A stretch of 64,000 bases of DNA from Fimbriimonadia bacterium (GTDB lineage: Bacteria; Armatimonadota; Fimbriimonadia; Fimbriimonadales; JABRVX01). Location of the stretch: contig JBGPGO010000015.1 of NCBI GenBank assembly GCA_041483895.1, positions 6,526 through 70,525 on the forward strand, given 5' to 3'. Made by a program: the position numbers and the translations under genes. Positions 8,816-18,887 of this stretch are shown here, piece by piece; position 1 is the stretch's first letter; each line of letters starts with the position of its first letter. Under the pieces are notes generated by a model that worked only from the letters and a program-made list of their open reading frames with translations, was not told where the DNA came from and ran no database searches.

Positions 8816-11800
8816 GACTGTGTTCCCTCCTCAAGATCGACGGGTGGTAGTGATTTCGGGTCTACTCGGACAATATGGACCTGAATCCATCGGACCAGGT
8901 CATCCACAACAGTGTGCATGATGGGGATGTCAAGCAGTGATAGCACTGTGCCCACAAGCAGCCCGCCAATCACCACCGTTCCCAAAGGCTGGTACGCATC
9001 CAGGCCGGATTTCGGGAAGAAGGCGACCGGCGCCATCGTGAGAATGGTGATGAGCGAAGTCATCAATATCGGGCGCAATCGCTGCGGGCAGGCTTTGGCA
9101 ACCGCTTCGTTGCGTGGCAGACCCTCGTGGCGGTAATACAGGATCAAATCGATGAGCAGAATCGCCGTCACGATATCCATTCCGCTCAGCACGATAACGC
9201 CAAGAATCGAAACGGTGGAGAAGGCCTGATTCATCACCCAAAGCATGAAAAATACACCGCTCAACTCCAGTGGAAGGCTGAATAACATCTGCAGAGGCTG
9301 CAAGAATCCGCCGAACTGCGCCACTAAGATGAAATACATCAGGGCCAGCGCGATGAGGAGCCCAAACAACATGGTGCGAAAGCTCATCATCATCTGCGTC
9401 ATATCGCCGCGCGCCTCGATACCGTACCCCGGCGGAAAGTTGAGAGAGGCCATCGCGCGCATCTGCACATCCATCGTGAGGTCCATGCTCGGGCGGCCGT
9501 TCTTCCGATAGTATCCACCTACTGTGATCACGCGCCGCAGCTGATCGTGCTCAATCGCGCTCGGCGCCACACGCGGTTCCAACCGCACAAGTTCCAGAAG
9601 AGGTACCTGTTCCCCCGCCGATCCGGTCAAATACATTCCGTCCAGGTCGCGCAGGTTCATGCGCTGATCATCCTTATACCGGAGCAATACACCAAGCGCA
9701 CGGCGGTTTTCGGGCCGATAAAACTCCATCGCGAAGCCGCCCCGAAGGCTATAGTAGGCCTGCTCCGCAATTGCGGCCGGAGACAGACCATGACGGGACG
9801 CTTTCTCCTGATCCACCACGAGCGTATAGGTGGGCTTCGTCATCTCCCAAGTGAGGAACGGCTCGGCAATGTCCGGCTTGCCGGACTTCGGGTTGATTGA
9901 TTCGTGCTGGGCGATGTGCAGTACGTCCCGTCCCATCTGATCGAGAGTCCGTAGGTTGTCACCGTACACGATCAGGGAAACCGGCGAAAGAGACGTGGCC
10001 ATGAGGTCGCTTCCCATCTCCTTAATCTGAACCCTTCGCACGCCGGCGATCTCCTTTTCCGCGCGAGCCGAAACACGATCCATAATGCCCCAGATATCGC
10101 GTCGGCCCGTGTCTTTATCCGTAAAGGTCAGCATCGCGGAGGCTGAGTTCACCGCGTTCATCTGATAGCCGCTAAAATAGGCGCCACCCGTCGTCATGCC
10201 GGGGCCGCCTTCTTGACCGATCTCAATGCTGGCGTTGTCCAACCAGCCCTTCGAGCCCGCCTCCTCCATCAATATCCGCTCCAATTGACGAACCCCGCGC
10301 TCCGTCTTCGCGAACGACGCGCCTGGCTGCATCTCCATCTGCAAACTGGCCTGGCCCACGTCCGCCAGCGGCATCATCTCCGAGCCGATGAAATAGTAGA
10401 GTGTAAAGCCAAGTAACACGGTGATTCCGATGCGGACAAAATTGGCGAACCGGTGCATAAGCAGCCAACGGATCAGTCGCTCATACCCCCTCTCCAGGCG
10501 TTCAAGCCCACGCTCGAATGGGTGCAGGAAAATGCGGCTGAACCAGGTCTGCGAACGGTCTTCCGGCAGCGTCATGAAGCGGGAGCACAACACCGCCGTC
10601 AGTGTCATGGAGACGATGTAGCTGGCGATCACGCCGAAGATGATAGGAAAGCAGAGGCCGACGAACATCAGCTGCGTAATGCCCCCGCTTACCATAAGGG
10701 GGATCAGGGCGACGATCAAGACTACTGTGGCGGCGAGAACCGACCGGCGGACCTGACTGATCCCGTCTACGGTCGCCTGCCGCCGATCTTTGCCCATCCT
10801 GAGGTGCCGCTCGACCGAATGGATATCTATGATCGCGTCATCCACAAGCCGTCCGATAGCGACGAGAAGGCCGACCAGAGTGCTGCTGTTGAGGCTCATT
10901 CCAAGCGGGGCCATCGCGAGCAGCGCCATCGCCATCGATGTCGGGATCGCCGTAAGTGCAATCGCCGTGCCTCGCGGCTCCCCGAGGAAGAAGAGCACCG
11001 CCAAGCCGGTCAGGATCACCGCGATGAGCAGCTCTTCGCCCATGTTGTCAAACAGTTTGTTCACGAATCGCGCGTTGTTATAGGCGACCTTGAGCGATAT
11101 TCCGGGGTAGCGAGCCTCAAATTCTTTCGCCGTCTTCTCAACCGCCTCAATCGTTACAGGTGAGCTGGCATCGGGATTCTGCAGGACGTTGATTAGTATC
11201 CCTTCTTCGATCTTGCTCCCATGCAGATGGTGGTACGCCGAACGCTGCTCGATTGTCGTATCCCGCGCAGAGGCAACGTCGCCAATCCGAACCACTCGTC
11301 CCTTCACGTTCTTCACAGGATAGGCAGCCACGTCCGACGGGCTTCGCGGCAGCGTATCTACCCGAAAAATCGGCTCATCATTTTCATTCGTAACGAATCC
11401 CGCTGATCGGGCCACATTCGCCTGGTCCATGGCTGTTCGCAAGTCGAGGATGGACAGCCCATAGCTCTGGAGCTTGTCCCTGTCTGCCAGTATTTGCAAC
11501 TGCCGTCTATGGCCGCCGAAGGTGGAAACGGTGTAGACGTTGGGATGCGCGGCCTTGAAGCCGTTGAGCAGCTCGTTGTCCGCCAGATCGCGCAGCCGTG
11601 CCAAATCCCAACCCTGCTTCGCGTCGCCGGTGAGAGAAAAGGATAGCACGGGGAGATTGAGTGGATCGACGCGAAGAATCCAGCTTGGTTTGAGGTTCGC
11701 TCCCGTCGAGGGCAGGTCGGCCTGGACGATATTGAGAAGGCTTTGCGTCTCGGTTTGCGCCCGCAGCATATTAGCGCCGTAGGGAAACTCCAAGACCACC

Positions 11801-12099
11801 ATGCTGAACCCGTCCTGGCTAACGGAACGAATGTACCGGACGTTTTGGATGGTGACCATCCGCTGTTCGATGGGGCCGGAGAAATAGCGCTCCATCTCCT
11901 CGGCGGAAAAGCCGGGCATTTCGGTAACGATGCCAAGCAGCGGGCTCTCGACGTACGGCATGAGGCGGCGAGGCATGATCTTCCCAATCGCAATCCCTCC
12001 AAGGAGAATGAGGGCCAGATAAAATGCGATGACGGCCTGGGGATGATTGACCGACCATTCGATGATGCCAATGCGTTGGGGTTCTGCCTTGCCGCTCAA
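8812..12099 (-). CDS. RND efflux permease (AcrB/CusA/CzcA superfamily, probably heavy-metal type)
   Basis: 1095 aa with 12-TM architecture and two large periplasmic loops. The metal subtype is inferred only from neighbours (metal-binding adaptor, YHS protein). Confidence 0.92.
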   Translation of the reverse strand: MSGKAEPQRIGIIEWSVNHPQAVIAFYLALILLGGIAIGKIMPRRLMPYVESPLLGIVTEMPGFSAEEMERYFSGPIEQRMVTIQNVRYIRSVSQDGFSMVVLEFPYGANMLRAQTETQSLLNIVQADLPSTGANLKPSWILRVDPLNLPVLSFSLTGDAKQGWDLARLRDLADNELLNGFKAAHPNVYTVSTFGGHRRQLQILADRDKLQSYGLSILDLRTAMDQANVARSAGFVTNENDEPIFRVDTLPRSPSDVAAYPVKNVKGRVVRIGDVASARDTTIEQRSAYHHLHGSKIEEGILINVLQNPDASSPVTIEAVEKTAKEFEARYPGISLKVAYNNARFVNKLFDNMGEELLIAVILTGLAVLFFLGEPRGTAIALTAIPTSMAMALLAMAPLGMSLNSSTLVGLLVAIGRLVDDAIIDIHSVERHLRMGKDRRQATVDGISQVRRSVLAATVVLIVALIPLMVSGGITQLMFVGLCFPIIFGVIASYIVSMTLTAVLCSRFMTLPEDRSQTWFSRIFLHPFERGLERLERGYERLIRWLLMHRFANFVRIGITVLLGFTLYYFIGSEMMPLADVGQASLQMEMQPGASFAKTERGVRQLERILMEEAGSKGWLDNASIEIGQEGGPGMTTGGAYFSGYQMNAVNSASAMLTFTDKDTGRRDIWGIMDRVSARAEKEIAGVRRVQIKEMGSDLMATSLSPVSLIVYGDNLRTLDQMGRDVLHIAQHESINPKSGKPDIAEPFLTWEMTKPTYTLVVDQEKASRHGLSPAAIAEQAYYSLRGGFAMEFYRPENRRALGVLLRYKDDQRMNLRDLDGMYLTGSAGEQVPLLELVRLEPRVAPSAIEHDQLRRVITVGGYYRKNGRPSMDLTMDVQMRAMASLNFPPGYGIEARGDMTQMMMSFRTMLFGLLIALALMYFILVAQFGGFLQPLQMLFSLPLELSGVFFMLWVMNQAFSTVSILGVIVLSGMDIVTAILLIDLILYYRHEGLPRNEAVAKACPQRLRPILMTSLITILTMAPVAFFPKSGLDAYQPLGTVVIGGLLVGTVLSLLDIPIMHTVVDDLVRWIQVHIVRVDPKSLPPVDLEEGTQS

Positions 12100-13784
12100 T
12101 GATCCATGCCTTCCATCGATGGTGGCATGGACTGTTCTTTTTTAACCGGCCCAGGCGAGACCGGCGTGCCGGGTTGCAGGTTCGCGGATTCGGACACGAT
12201 CACGAGTTCATGCTCAGCGAGCCCATCCAAAACCGCGGTCCATGTCTCATTCGCAACACCGATCCGAACAGACCGCTTCTCGGCGACGTATTTGCCGAGT
12301 TTGGATCGCGGCACAAGCGGCATTTGGCATATCGGGCATTTGCCGGGTCCAGGTTTGCTCACCTGCGGATGCATGGTGCAGGTCCAGTCTGTTGACGTGT
12401 CGCCTGCCTTTCGATTGGCCATCAGCCACACGAATTTGGAACCGTTTGAATCCGTTTGGATTGCTTTCGTACGGACGGCAATTTCCCGGACTCCCCGTCC
12501 CAAATCGAAACTCATACGAGCGAACATTCCCGGCACAAGGCTTCCGTCTTTGTTAAGCGTCTTTGCTTCGACGCGGATCGTGCGGGTCTGCTCGTCGGCT
12601 GCCGGGAACACCGATGTGATCTGGGCCGGTTTCCGCCCGGTCTCGGTTACGACCTCCACACGGGTTCCAACGTTTATCTGGCCGGCCATGCTTTGTGGCA
12701 CGTTCGATTGGACTCGGACAATGCCGACGGTGTTGAGGCGCAAGATCGTTTGGCCCGCCATTACCGCCGTCCCCGGACTCACCACACGCTCGGCCACGAT
12801 AGCGTCGCTCATGGCACGCAGAATCCGGTATTCCGCCTGTATCTGCGCTCCCCGATTCGCGGCCTTGGCTGCCGCCGCTTCGAAGCCGGCAGCCTTTACG
12901 TCCGACTCGGCTGTCAAGAGATCGATTTGCACCTGATCCACGTCTGCCTGCGCGGCCTCTTTCGCGGCTTCGGTTTCTGTGAGCGAATACGCGGTGGCCA
13001 GGTACTTTCGATCGAGCGCGGCTGCTTCGGCCTGCACCGATCCGATACGGGCGGCGGCAGAGTCCTTTCGCGCCTTGGAGGCGTCGCGCTCTTTGATTGC
13101 GCTCTGGTATTCGTCGAGAGAGATCGCCTTCTGTTCGTAGAGCTTCTTCTCGCGCGCAAGGTTCTTCTGCGCGTAGTCCAGCTCCGCCGCCTTCTCGGCC
13201 GACTCCGCCTTCGCCATGTCGATCTCTTTGCGCTTCGCTTGGAGTTCGGCATTGGCGGTCTCGCGGTCTGCCTTGGCTCTCGATATGGCCGCGTCCGCAC
13301 CGCGGAGAGATGCCATCGCCTTCGCGAGCATCTTGTGATGGTGCGCAATCTCCTGCCTCGCTATGGCTATGCCTTCCGTTTTGGCAGCGGCTTGGTTACC
13401 GGTCGCCGCGGATTGCGCCGATAGTTCAGCGGCATCGAGACGCCCAACGATCTGACCCGCCTTAACTCGATCGCCTGGATAGACGGTCAGGTTCGCCACT
13501 CGGCCGGGAACTCGTGCGACGATCTCCTCCTCGGTCTCCGCGGCAACGGTCGCGGGGTAGAGCGCCTCGCTCACGACATCGCGCGTCTCCGCCACTTCCA
13601 CATCGACAGCCAGAACGCCAGGCGGCGGCTTCGTCGTGGTCATATCCATCGCCTGGGCCTCGACAATCGTCATCGAGCCGGGCGCCCGCTGCGTTTTCAC
13701 GATCCAACTGACGCCAAACATCGCAGCGGCCAACAAACCCAGCGTGATCCAATGCCGACGTACGAACAGTATCGCCTGCTTCAT
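12096..13784 (-). CDS. RND periplasmic adaptor (MFP) with long coiled coil and C-terminal CxxC metal-binding-like insert
   Basis: N-terminal TM anchor. Lipoyl/barrel motifs ARVPGRVANLTVYPGDRVKAGQIVGRLD and VVSPGTAVMAGQTILRL. About 200 aa of Ala/Lys/Glu-rich coiled coil. TCTMHPQVSKPGPGKCPICQMPLVP near the C-terminus. Confidence 0.88.
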   Translation of the reverse strand: MKQAILFVRRHWITLGLLAAAMFGVSWIVKTQRAPGSMTIVEAQAMDMTTTKPPPGVLAVDVEVAETRDVVSEALYPATVAAETEEEIVARVPGRVANLTVYPGDRVKAGQIVGRLDAAELSAQSAATGNQAAAKTEGIAIARQEIAHHHKMLAKAMASLRGADAAISRAKADRETANAELQAKRKEIDMAKAESAEKAAELDYAQKNLAREKKLYEQKAISLDEYQSAIKERDASKARKDSAAARIGSVQAEAAALDRKYLATAYSLTETEAAKEAAQADVDQVQIDLLTAESDVKAAGFEAAAAKAANRGAQIQAEYRILRAMSDAIVAERVVSPGTAVMAGQTILRLNTVGIVRVQSNVPQSMAGQINVGTRVEVVTETGRKPAQITSVFPAADEQTRTIRVEAKTLNKDGSLVPGMFARMSFDLGRGVREIAVRTKAIQTDSNGSKFVWLMANRKAGDTSTDWTCTMHPQVSKPGPGKCPICQMPLVPRSKLGKYVAEKRSVRIGVANETWTAVLDGLAEHELVIVSESANLQPGTPVSPGPVKKEQSMPPSMEGMDH

Positions 13785-13810
13785 GCCAACCTCCTTCCGA
13801 CCTCCCGGAC

Positions 13811-14113
13811 CTACTTCGTAGTTGCGTACTTAGCCGGGTCCGCGTCGAACTTCGGCTTGCATTCCGCGCAGCAGAAGTAGTAGCGTTTGCCCTTATAGTC
13901 AGAGTGCCCGGAGGCCACCTCTTTCGAGGCGATTGTGTTGCGTTGGACCGGGCAGAGGAGCTTGCCTTCCGCGTTTACATTGGCGACAGGCGCGGCATTC
14001 GACACCGTGGAGTTAGGCGGGGCATCAGACACAGTTGTCTTAGAGCAGGCGCCCAAAAGTAGACTCGCGATGAGCGCGACGAACAGTATGAACAGATTCT
14101 TTGTGCGAAACAT
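13811..14113 (-). CDS. YHS-domain lipoprotein
   Basis: Start moved to ATG 14113, with GGAGA 5 nt upstream. Lipoprotein signal MFRTKNLFILFVALIASLLLGAC. C-terminal YKGKRYYFCCAECKPKFDADPAKY fits the YHS pattern. Confidence 0.75.
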   Translation of the reverse strand: MFRTKNLFILFVALIASLLLGACSKTTVSDAPPNSTVSNAAPVANVNAEGKLLCPVQRNTIASKEVASGHSDYKGKRYYFCCAECKPKFDADPAKYATTK

Positions 14114-14153
14114 GATTTTCTCCTTGCTAATGATTGTTGGTTTTGTAACGAAG

Positions 14154-14576
14154 TCAACAATCAAGCAAAGGAGGAGCGCGGCTGTGCAGGCAGGTAAGGA
14201 AGAACTCTGAAGGTGGGCTGGAATCACCCGCGCATAGCGCAATACAAGTGTGCCGCTCGAGCTTGCCGAAGGTCGCGGCCTGAGAGCAGCAAGCCCAATC
14301 CGTGGAGATGCTCACGCTTCCGACGGAGGCGAGCGTGGCGGGAGCAAGTGTGCTCGTCCCCGCCGACAATTGGCAGCGGCAAGCGTCGGTATTGAAGTCG
14401 GAGAGGAACGTCGGCGATGAATGGGCGCAACAGGATTTCGCGCTTGGCGCCACTCGACAGCAGGGCATCTCGCACATCCTGCCACCGACGACATCGCTTA
14501 CCGCCTGGGTTATGGTGGACCCCAGCAGCATCACCATGATCGTCAAGATCGCGAGCCGGTTCTTACGCCTGATCAT
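14154..14576 (-). CDS. hypothetical secreted Cys-rich protein (first gene of the efflux operon)
   Basis: 140 aa, signal-like [20 protein letters not shown]. 13 Cys, including three CC pairs (MPCC, KSCC, WACC). GC3-rich codons. Same strand as the YHS gene and 40 nt upstream of it. Confidence 0.5.
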   Translation of the reverse strand: MIRRKNRLAILTIMVMLLGSTITQAVSDVVGGRMCEMPCCRVAPSAKSCCAHSSPTFLSDFNTDACRCQLSAGTSTLAPATLASVGSVSISTDWACCSQAATFGKLERHTCIALCAGDSSPPSEFFLTCLHSRAPPLLDC

Positions 14577-14709
14577 CAGCTCCTTGCTACGAGTTTACCC
14601 CATGATTCATTCCCGATTATCGGGAAAACTCATCCACCCCAGTATCCGTCCCCCGGCTGGCCAATCGGCTGCCGGGTACAATATCGGTCGAAATTCCCCC
14701 TCAAACCGC

Positions 14710-16392
14710 ATGGATCAACGCCCAACCGAGACAACACAGACCGACTTCATCCGCGAAGCAATTCGCCAAGACCTCCGCGATGGCAGGTTCGATCGTGTTC
14801 ACACGCGCTTCCCTCCGGAGCCGAACGCCTACCTCCACATCGGCCACGCCAAGGCAGTCTGGATCGACTACGGCATTGCCCAAGAGTTCGGCGGCCTGTT
14901 CACCCTTCGATTCGATGATACCAACCCGGTGAAGGAAGAACAAGAATTCGTGGACGCCATTATCGAGGATGTGCGCTGGCTGGGGGCGGATTGGGGAGAT
15001 CGGCTCCGCTTCGCGTCCGATTACTTTGACCAGATGTACGCCTGGGCCATCGATTTGATCACGAAGGGCAAGGCTTACGTCTGCGACCTGAGCGCGGAGG
15101 AGGTGAGCGCGACGCGCGGGACGCTCACCGGTCCCGGTAAGAACAGCCCCTATCGCGAACGCGCCGTCGAACAAAATCTCGATCTTTTCCGTCGCATGCG
15201 GGCAGGGGAATTCCCCGATGGCGCAAAAACCCTTCGCGCCAAAATCGACATGGCATCACCCAACATGAACATGCGCGACCCGGTTATGTATCGCATCCTG
15301 CACGCCGAACATCATCGCCAGGGCGACAAATGGTGCATCTATCCGATGTACGATTGGGCGCACGGATTGGAAGATTCAATCGAGGGCATCACCCACTCGC
15401 TCTGTTCGTTGGAATACGAGAATCACCGCCCGCTGTATGACTGGTTCCTGGATCAGTTGGAAATCTATCACCCGAGGCAAATTGAATTTGCGCGCCTCAA
15501 TCTGCCCTACACGGTGATGAGCAAGCGGCGGTTTATCGAGCTCGTGGGGGACGGACATGTGAACGGTTACGACGATCCTCGCATGCCTACCCTTGCGGGA
15601 TTGCGCAGGCGTGGGTATACACCAGAGGCGATCCGGGAGTTCTGCCGCCGCATCGGGATCGCCAAGACCGACAGCGTTGTGGATGTTGCATTTTTGGAAG
15701 ATTGCGTTCGCGAAGACCTGAACAAACGCGTGCCTCGTGTGATGGCCGTACTGGATCCCCTGCGAGTGGTTCTTGTCAACTATCCGGAGGGCCAATCCGA
15801 AGAGCTGGATGTGGTTAACAATCCCGAGGACCCCGCCGCAGGGACGCGAAAGGTCCCGTTCGGTCGGGAGCTGTTCATCGAGCGCGAGGACTTTCGCGAA
15901 GAACCACCGCCCAAATTCTTCCGCCTTGCTCCGGGCCGGGAGGTGCGGCTCCGCAATGCCTACCTGGTCACCTGCACGGAAGTCGTCAAGGACGCCGCCG
16001 GCAACATCATCGAGCTGCGTTGCACATACGATCCAGAGACCCGCGGCGGAGGCGCCCCGGACGGCCGAAAGGTAAAAGGAACCCTGCATTGGGTCGCCGC
16101 GAGCACAGCCCTAACCGCCGAGGTCCGCCTTTACGACCACCTGTTCACAAAACCGAACCCCGACGACACGGAAGAAAGACAAGACTATCTCGCGAACCTA
16201 AATCCCGCATCGCTAACGGTCGGAACCTGCCTTATCGAGCCGAGCGTCGCGGCCGCCCCCCCCGGCGCGCGGTACCAGTTCGAGCGAACGGGCTATTTCT
16301 GCGTTGATTTGGATTCAAGGTCGGAGACCCTGGTATTCAATAGGACGGTGGCATTGAGAAGTTCTTGGAAGAAAGCGGAAGCGTGTGGATAA
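14710..16392 (+). CDS. glnS: glutamine--tRNA ligase
   Basis: Start moved from the track's 14302 to ATG 14710 (560 aa). HIGH motif [23 protein letters not shown]-type VMSKRR. GlnRS-like throughout. Confidence 0.93.
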   Translation: MDQRPTETTQTDFIREAIRQDLRDGRFDRVHTRFPPEPNAYLHIGHAKAVWIDYGIAQEFGGLFTLRFDDTNPVKEEQEFVDAIIEDVRWLGADWGDRLRFASDYFDQMYAWAIDLITKGKAYVCDLSAEEVSATRGTLTGPGKNSPYRERAVEQNLDLFRRMRAGEFPDGAKTLRAKIDMASPNMNMRDPVMYRILHAEHHRQGDKWCIYPMYDWAHGLEDSIEGITHSLCSLEYENHRPLYDWFLDQLEIYHPRQIEFARLNLPYTVMSKRRFIELVGDGHVNGYDDPRMPTLAGLRRRGYTPEAIREFCRRIGIAKTDSVVDVAFLEDCVREDLNKRVPRVMAVLDPLRVVLVNYPEGQSEELDVVNNPEDPAAGTRKVPFGRELFIEREDFREEPPPKFFRLAPGREVRLRNAYLVTCTEVVKDAAGNIIELRCTYDPETRGGGAPDGRKVKGTLHWVAASTALTAEVRLYDHLFTKPNPDDTEERQDYLANLNPASLTVGTCLIEPSVAAAPPGARYQFERTGYFCVDLDSRSETLVFNRTVALRSSWKKAEACG

Positions 16393-16456
16393 TGTCCAGT
16401 CGTTGAAGTGCGCAATTACGCTTACTTGCGTCATTGCCTAAGGGGAGTATCAGCTT

Positions 16457-17278
16457 GTGACCGACCATCCTGAAGGGTTATGGGATGATCTCAGCAAGAG
16501 ATTGCTGAGGCCTGCAGACGGCGCCGAAATGAATGCGCGTGCCGTGGTGACTGAGTTCTTTGCGGAGAGGAAGGATGAGGTTTTTTTCAGCCGACAAATC
16601 GAGGTCTTGCACGAGGATGACTTCTTCCATTGGGTAACGAATCGTGCCATAAGAGACCTTGTATCTCGGGGGTAAATACGAACAGAAACTCGCAAGCTTG
16701 AGACAGGTGGTCGAATAAATCTGCTCTGGCATAAGAGCTTACGATATGAAAAGCGACCCGCTCAACGTGTGCAAAAGTTGGTGGAGGAGTATGCAAGTCC
16801 CAACATAGGAATAGCGCTTGGCCTGCAAGGGGAGCTAATGGTCTTGGAAGGCCTCAGCAAATTGGAGTTTGTTGTTAAGGGAAGAGATTCGCGTTCTTTT
16901 GAAGGATTGACTTGGACAGAAAGTCAACACGACCTTGACTTCATCGTCATGCGGGACGGTGTGGGATACGGAGTTGAAGTGAAGAATACGCTTGGCTATA
17001 TGGATCATGAGGAGCTTAAAACCAAGCTTGAAATGTGTAAGTTCTTGGGATTGAGGCCATTGTTTGTTGTTCGGATGTTCCCGAGATCGTGGATTCACGA
17101 GGTGAACCAATCTGGCGGATTTGTTCTGGTATTGAAGTGGCAACTTTACCCATGGACGCATAGATCGCTTGCGGTAAGGGTGCGTACAGAGTTAGGACTT
17201 CCAGTTGATTGTCCTCGGTCCCTAGCGGATGGAACTATGCAGCGATTTGGCAATTGGCATGTAAAAACGGTGATTTAG
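16457..17278 (+). pseudogene. PD-(D/E)xK nuclease-like gene interrupted by one in-frame TAA
   Basis: ORFs 16457-16675 and 16769-17278 share a frame and are separated only by TAA at 16673-16675. The read-through peptide is continuous. The C-terminal half has HDLDFIV..GYGVEVKN. Line 16981-17040 hand-counts to 38% GC. Confidence 0.6.
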
Positions 17279-17429
17279 GGGAGGAATTCACGGAAGGGGG
17301 ATGCTTTTGAACCTGATTTGGAGCACCTCTATAAATACGTAGTTGCTAGTCGGTTTCCTGAAGGGTCTTTGTGCCGCTAGCCAATGAGCGTGGTATGGGT
17401 CGTAACGGTCCCCACATTTAGTATCCAGC

Positions 17430-17459
17430 TTGACCTTCTCTATTACCGAATGCTAAGAT
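17430..17459 (+). promoter_or_regulatory. candidate sigma-70 promoter for tRNA-Gln
   Basis: TTGACC, 18-nt spacer, TAAGAT, ending 10 nt before the tRNA 5' end. Confidence 0.4.
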
Positions 17460-17469
17460 CAGCGGCCTT

Positions 17470-17545
17470 TGCCGGATAGCTCAATTGGCAGAGCACCTGA
17501 CTCTGGATCAGGAGGTTCTAGGTTCGAGCCCTAGTCCGGCAGCCA
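17470..17545 (+). tRNA. tRNA-Gln (anticodon CTG)
   Basis: 76 nt. Acceptor TGCCGGA/TCCGGCA (U1:A72); anticodon loop CTCTGGA; T-arm CTAGG-TTCGAGC-CCTAG; discriminator G; encoded CCA. Confidence 0.9.
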
Positions 17546-17781
17546 ATAATGTGGCCCACCCGCCCGGACCTTCGGTTCCGCCTCCGGTCGGTTTCCGCGT
17601 CCGGTCCCCGCGCTTCGCTTGGGGCTGCGTCGCTTTGCGCCCAATCACGAAAAGGGCAAAGCCAGATGCGGCGGGCTACGACGCTCGCCGTCCATGGCTC
17701 GCTGTTCCGGGGAACACGCCTCCAACAATTCAACCTTGTCGGTCAAATTTGAATTTACGGCTTCGCCGAACCTGGATTAAC

Positions 17782-18300
17782 CTATGGCTTCGCCCAAAAC
17801 CCCGACGCTAGCAGGGCCCTACTGACACTGGCCGAAGTTGAATCTAGACCATTGGCCACTATGACATATTCTCCCGGTTGCAGCAATACTCCCGGACTCT
17901 GATTCAGTTGAGCAGAAACAGTAGGGTTGCTGCCGGTGAGTTGGTTTGCACCAGTGACCCATATTCGCAGTTCCCCTGAATCGGTGTCCCGCCGATAAAT
18001 CGTGTAGAACTTGTCGGACCCGGCCAAGGGGCTGATCCCGTGAACGGCGACAAGCACGGGCAGCCGATTCTTCGAATCAGGCGTGATCAGCAGACGCCAG
18101 CCGGAGACGTTACTCCCCGGATCGGTAAACCAATCGGCGGCATTGGCAGAATAGCTCCAAAAGTCCGACTGGTGCGGTAAACCCGGAACCGCGTAGAACG
18201 TTGCACCCTGCGCCACAGCGGGACGGGTCAGCAACACCCCCACTGAAACGCCGAATAAGAACAAAGCCGACACAAAAAGAAACAATGCGTTGCGTTGCAT
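17782..18300 (-). CDS. secreted protein of unknown family, paralog 1 (C-terminal SGFWAKP)
   Basis: 172 aa. Signal peptide MQRNALFLFVSALFLFGVSVGVLLTRPAVAQ. Shares conserved blocks with the next gene (RLPVLVA.HG, QLNQSPGVLLQPGEY, SGFWAKP). Confidence 0.7.
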   Translation of the reverse strand: MQRNALFLFVSALFLFGVSVGVLLTRPAVAQGATFYAVPGLPHQSDFWSYSANAADWFTDPGSNVSGWRLLITPDSKNRLPVLVAVHGISPLAGSDKFYTIYRRDTDSGELRIWVTGANQLTGSNPTVSAQLNQSPGVLLQPGEYVIVANGLDSTSASVSRALLASGFWAKP

Positions 18301-18410
18301 ACGAACACCTCCGTATGCTAATTCCTGCTATTTATGGAAAGTCCTGTTTGTCCCCAACAAAATCCACAATCCGATTCGGAGATTCCCCGCACCCGCACAG
18401 TTGCATTAAC

Positions 18411-18887
18411 TTACGGTTTCGCCCAAAAACCGGACAGCAGCAGGTACCGGAATGACGAATTAACGCCGTCTGGCACCCTAATGAAATACTCTCCCGGTTG
18501 CAGCAATACTCCTGGACTCTGATTGAGCTGTCCAGAATCATAGCCAGTGCCGAGACCGATATTTGTGGTAGCACCGTGTGTCCAATCCCTGTACTGCCCC
18601 GATTGATACACTTTGATCTCGTAGTAGCCGTGAATGGCAACCAACACAGGTAAACGATCCTTTGAGTCAGGTGCGATTACAAGCTTCCAGAACGACTGCC
18701 CTGTATTGGGATCGACGTACCAATCACTCGAATTTGCCGAATAACTCCACATATCCGATTGTCGCGGGAAACCCGGATAAGCGTAGAATGTAGCCTGCGC
18801 CGCTGCTGGACGAGTCAACAACACCCCCACCGAAACACCGAACAAGAACAGAGCCGAGACAAAGAGAAACAATGCGTTGCGTTGCAT
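18411..18887 (-). CDS. secreted protein of unknown family, paralog 2 (C-terminal SGFWAKP)
   Basis: Start moved to ATG 18887, where MQRNALF... aligns with paralog 1. 158 aa. The first 28 aa are identical to paralog 1. Confidence 0.7.
   Translation of the reverse strand: MQRNALFLFVSALFLFGVSVGVLLTRPAAAQATFYAYPGFPRQSDMWSYSANSSDWYVDPNTGQSFWKLVIAPDSKDRLPVLVAIHGYYEIKVYQSGQYRDWTHGATTNIGLGTGYDSGQLNQSPGVLLQPGEYFIRVPDGVNSSFRYLLLSGFWAKP

Noticed and set aside
12456-13424. 322-aa plus-strand ORF (and 12106-12936) inside the adaptor gene
   Set aside because: Antisense to the adaptor's coiled-coil region. The repetitive Arg/Leu/Gly peptide is a by-product of the Ala/Glu/Lys-rich sense strand.
14302-14709. 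136-codon N-terminal extension of glnS in the track
   Set aside because: It overlaps the divergent Cys-rich ORF and the promoter region and bears no resemblance to GlnRS. GlnRS-like sequence starts at [18 protein letters not shown] (ATG 14710).
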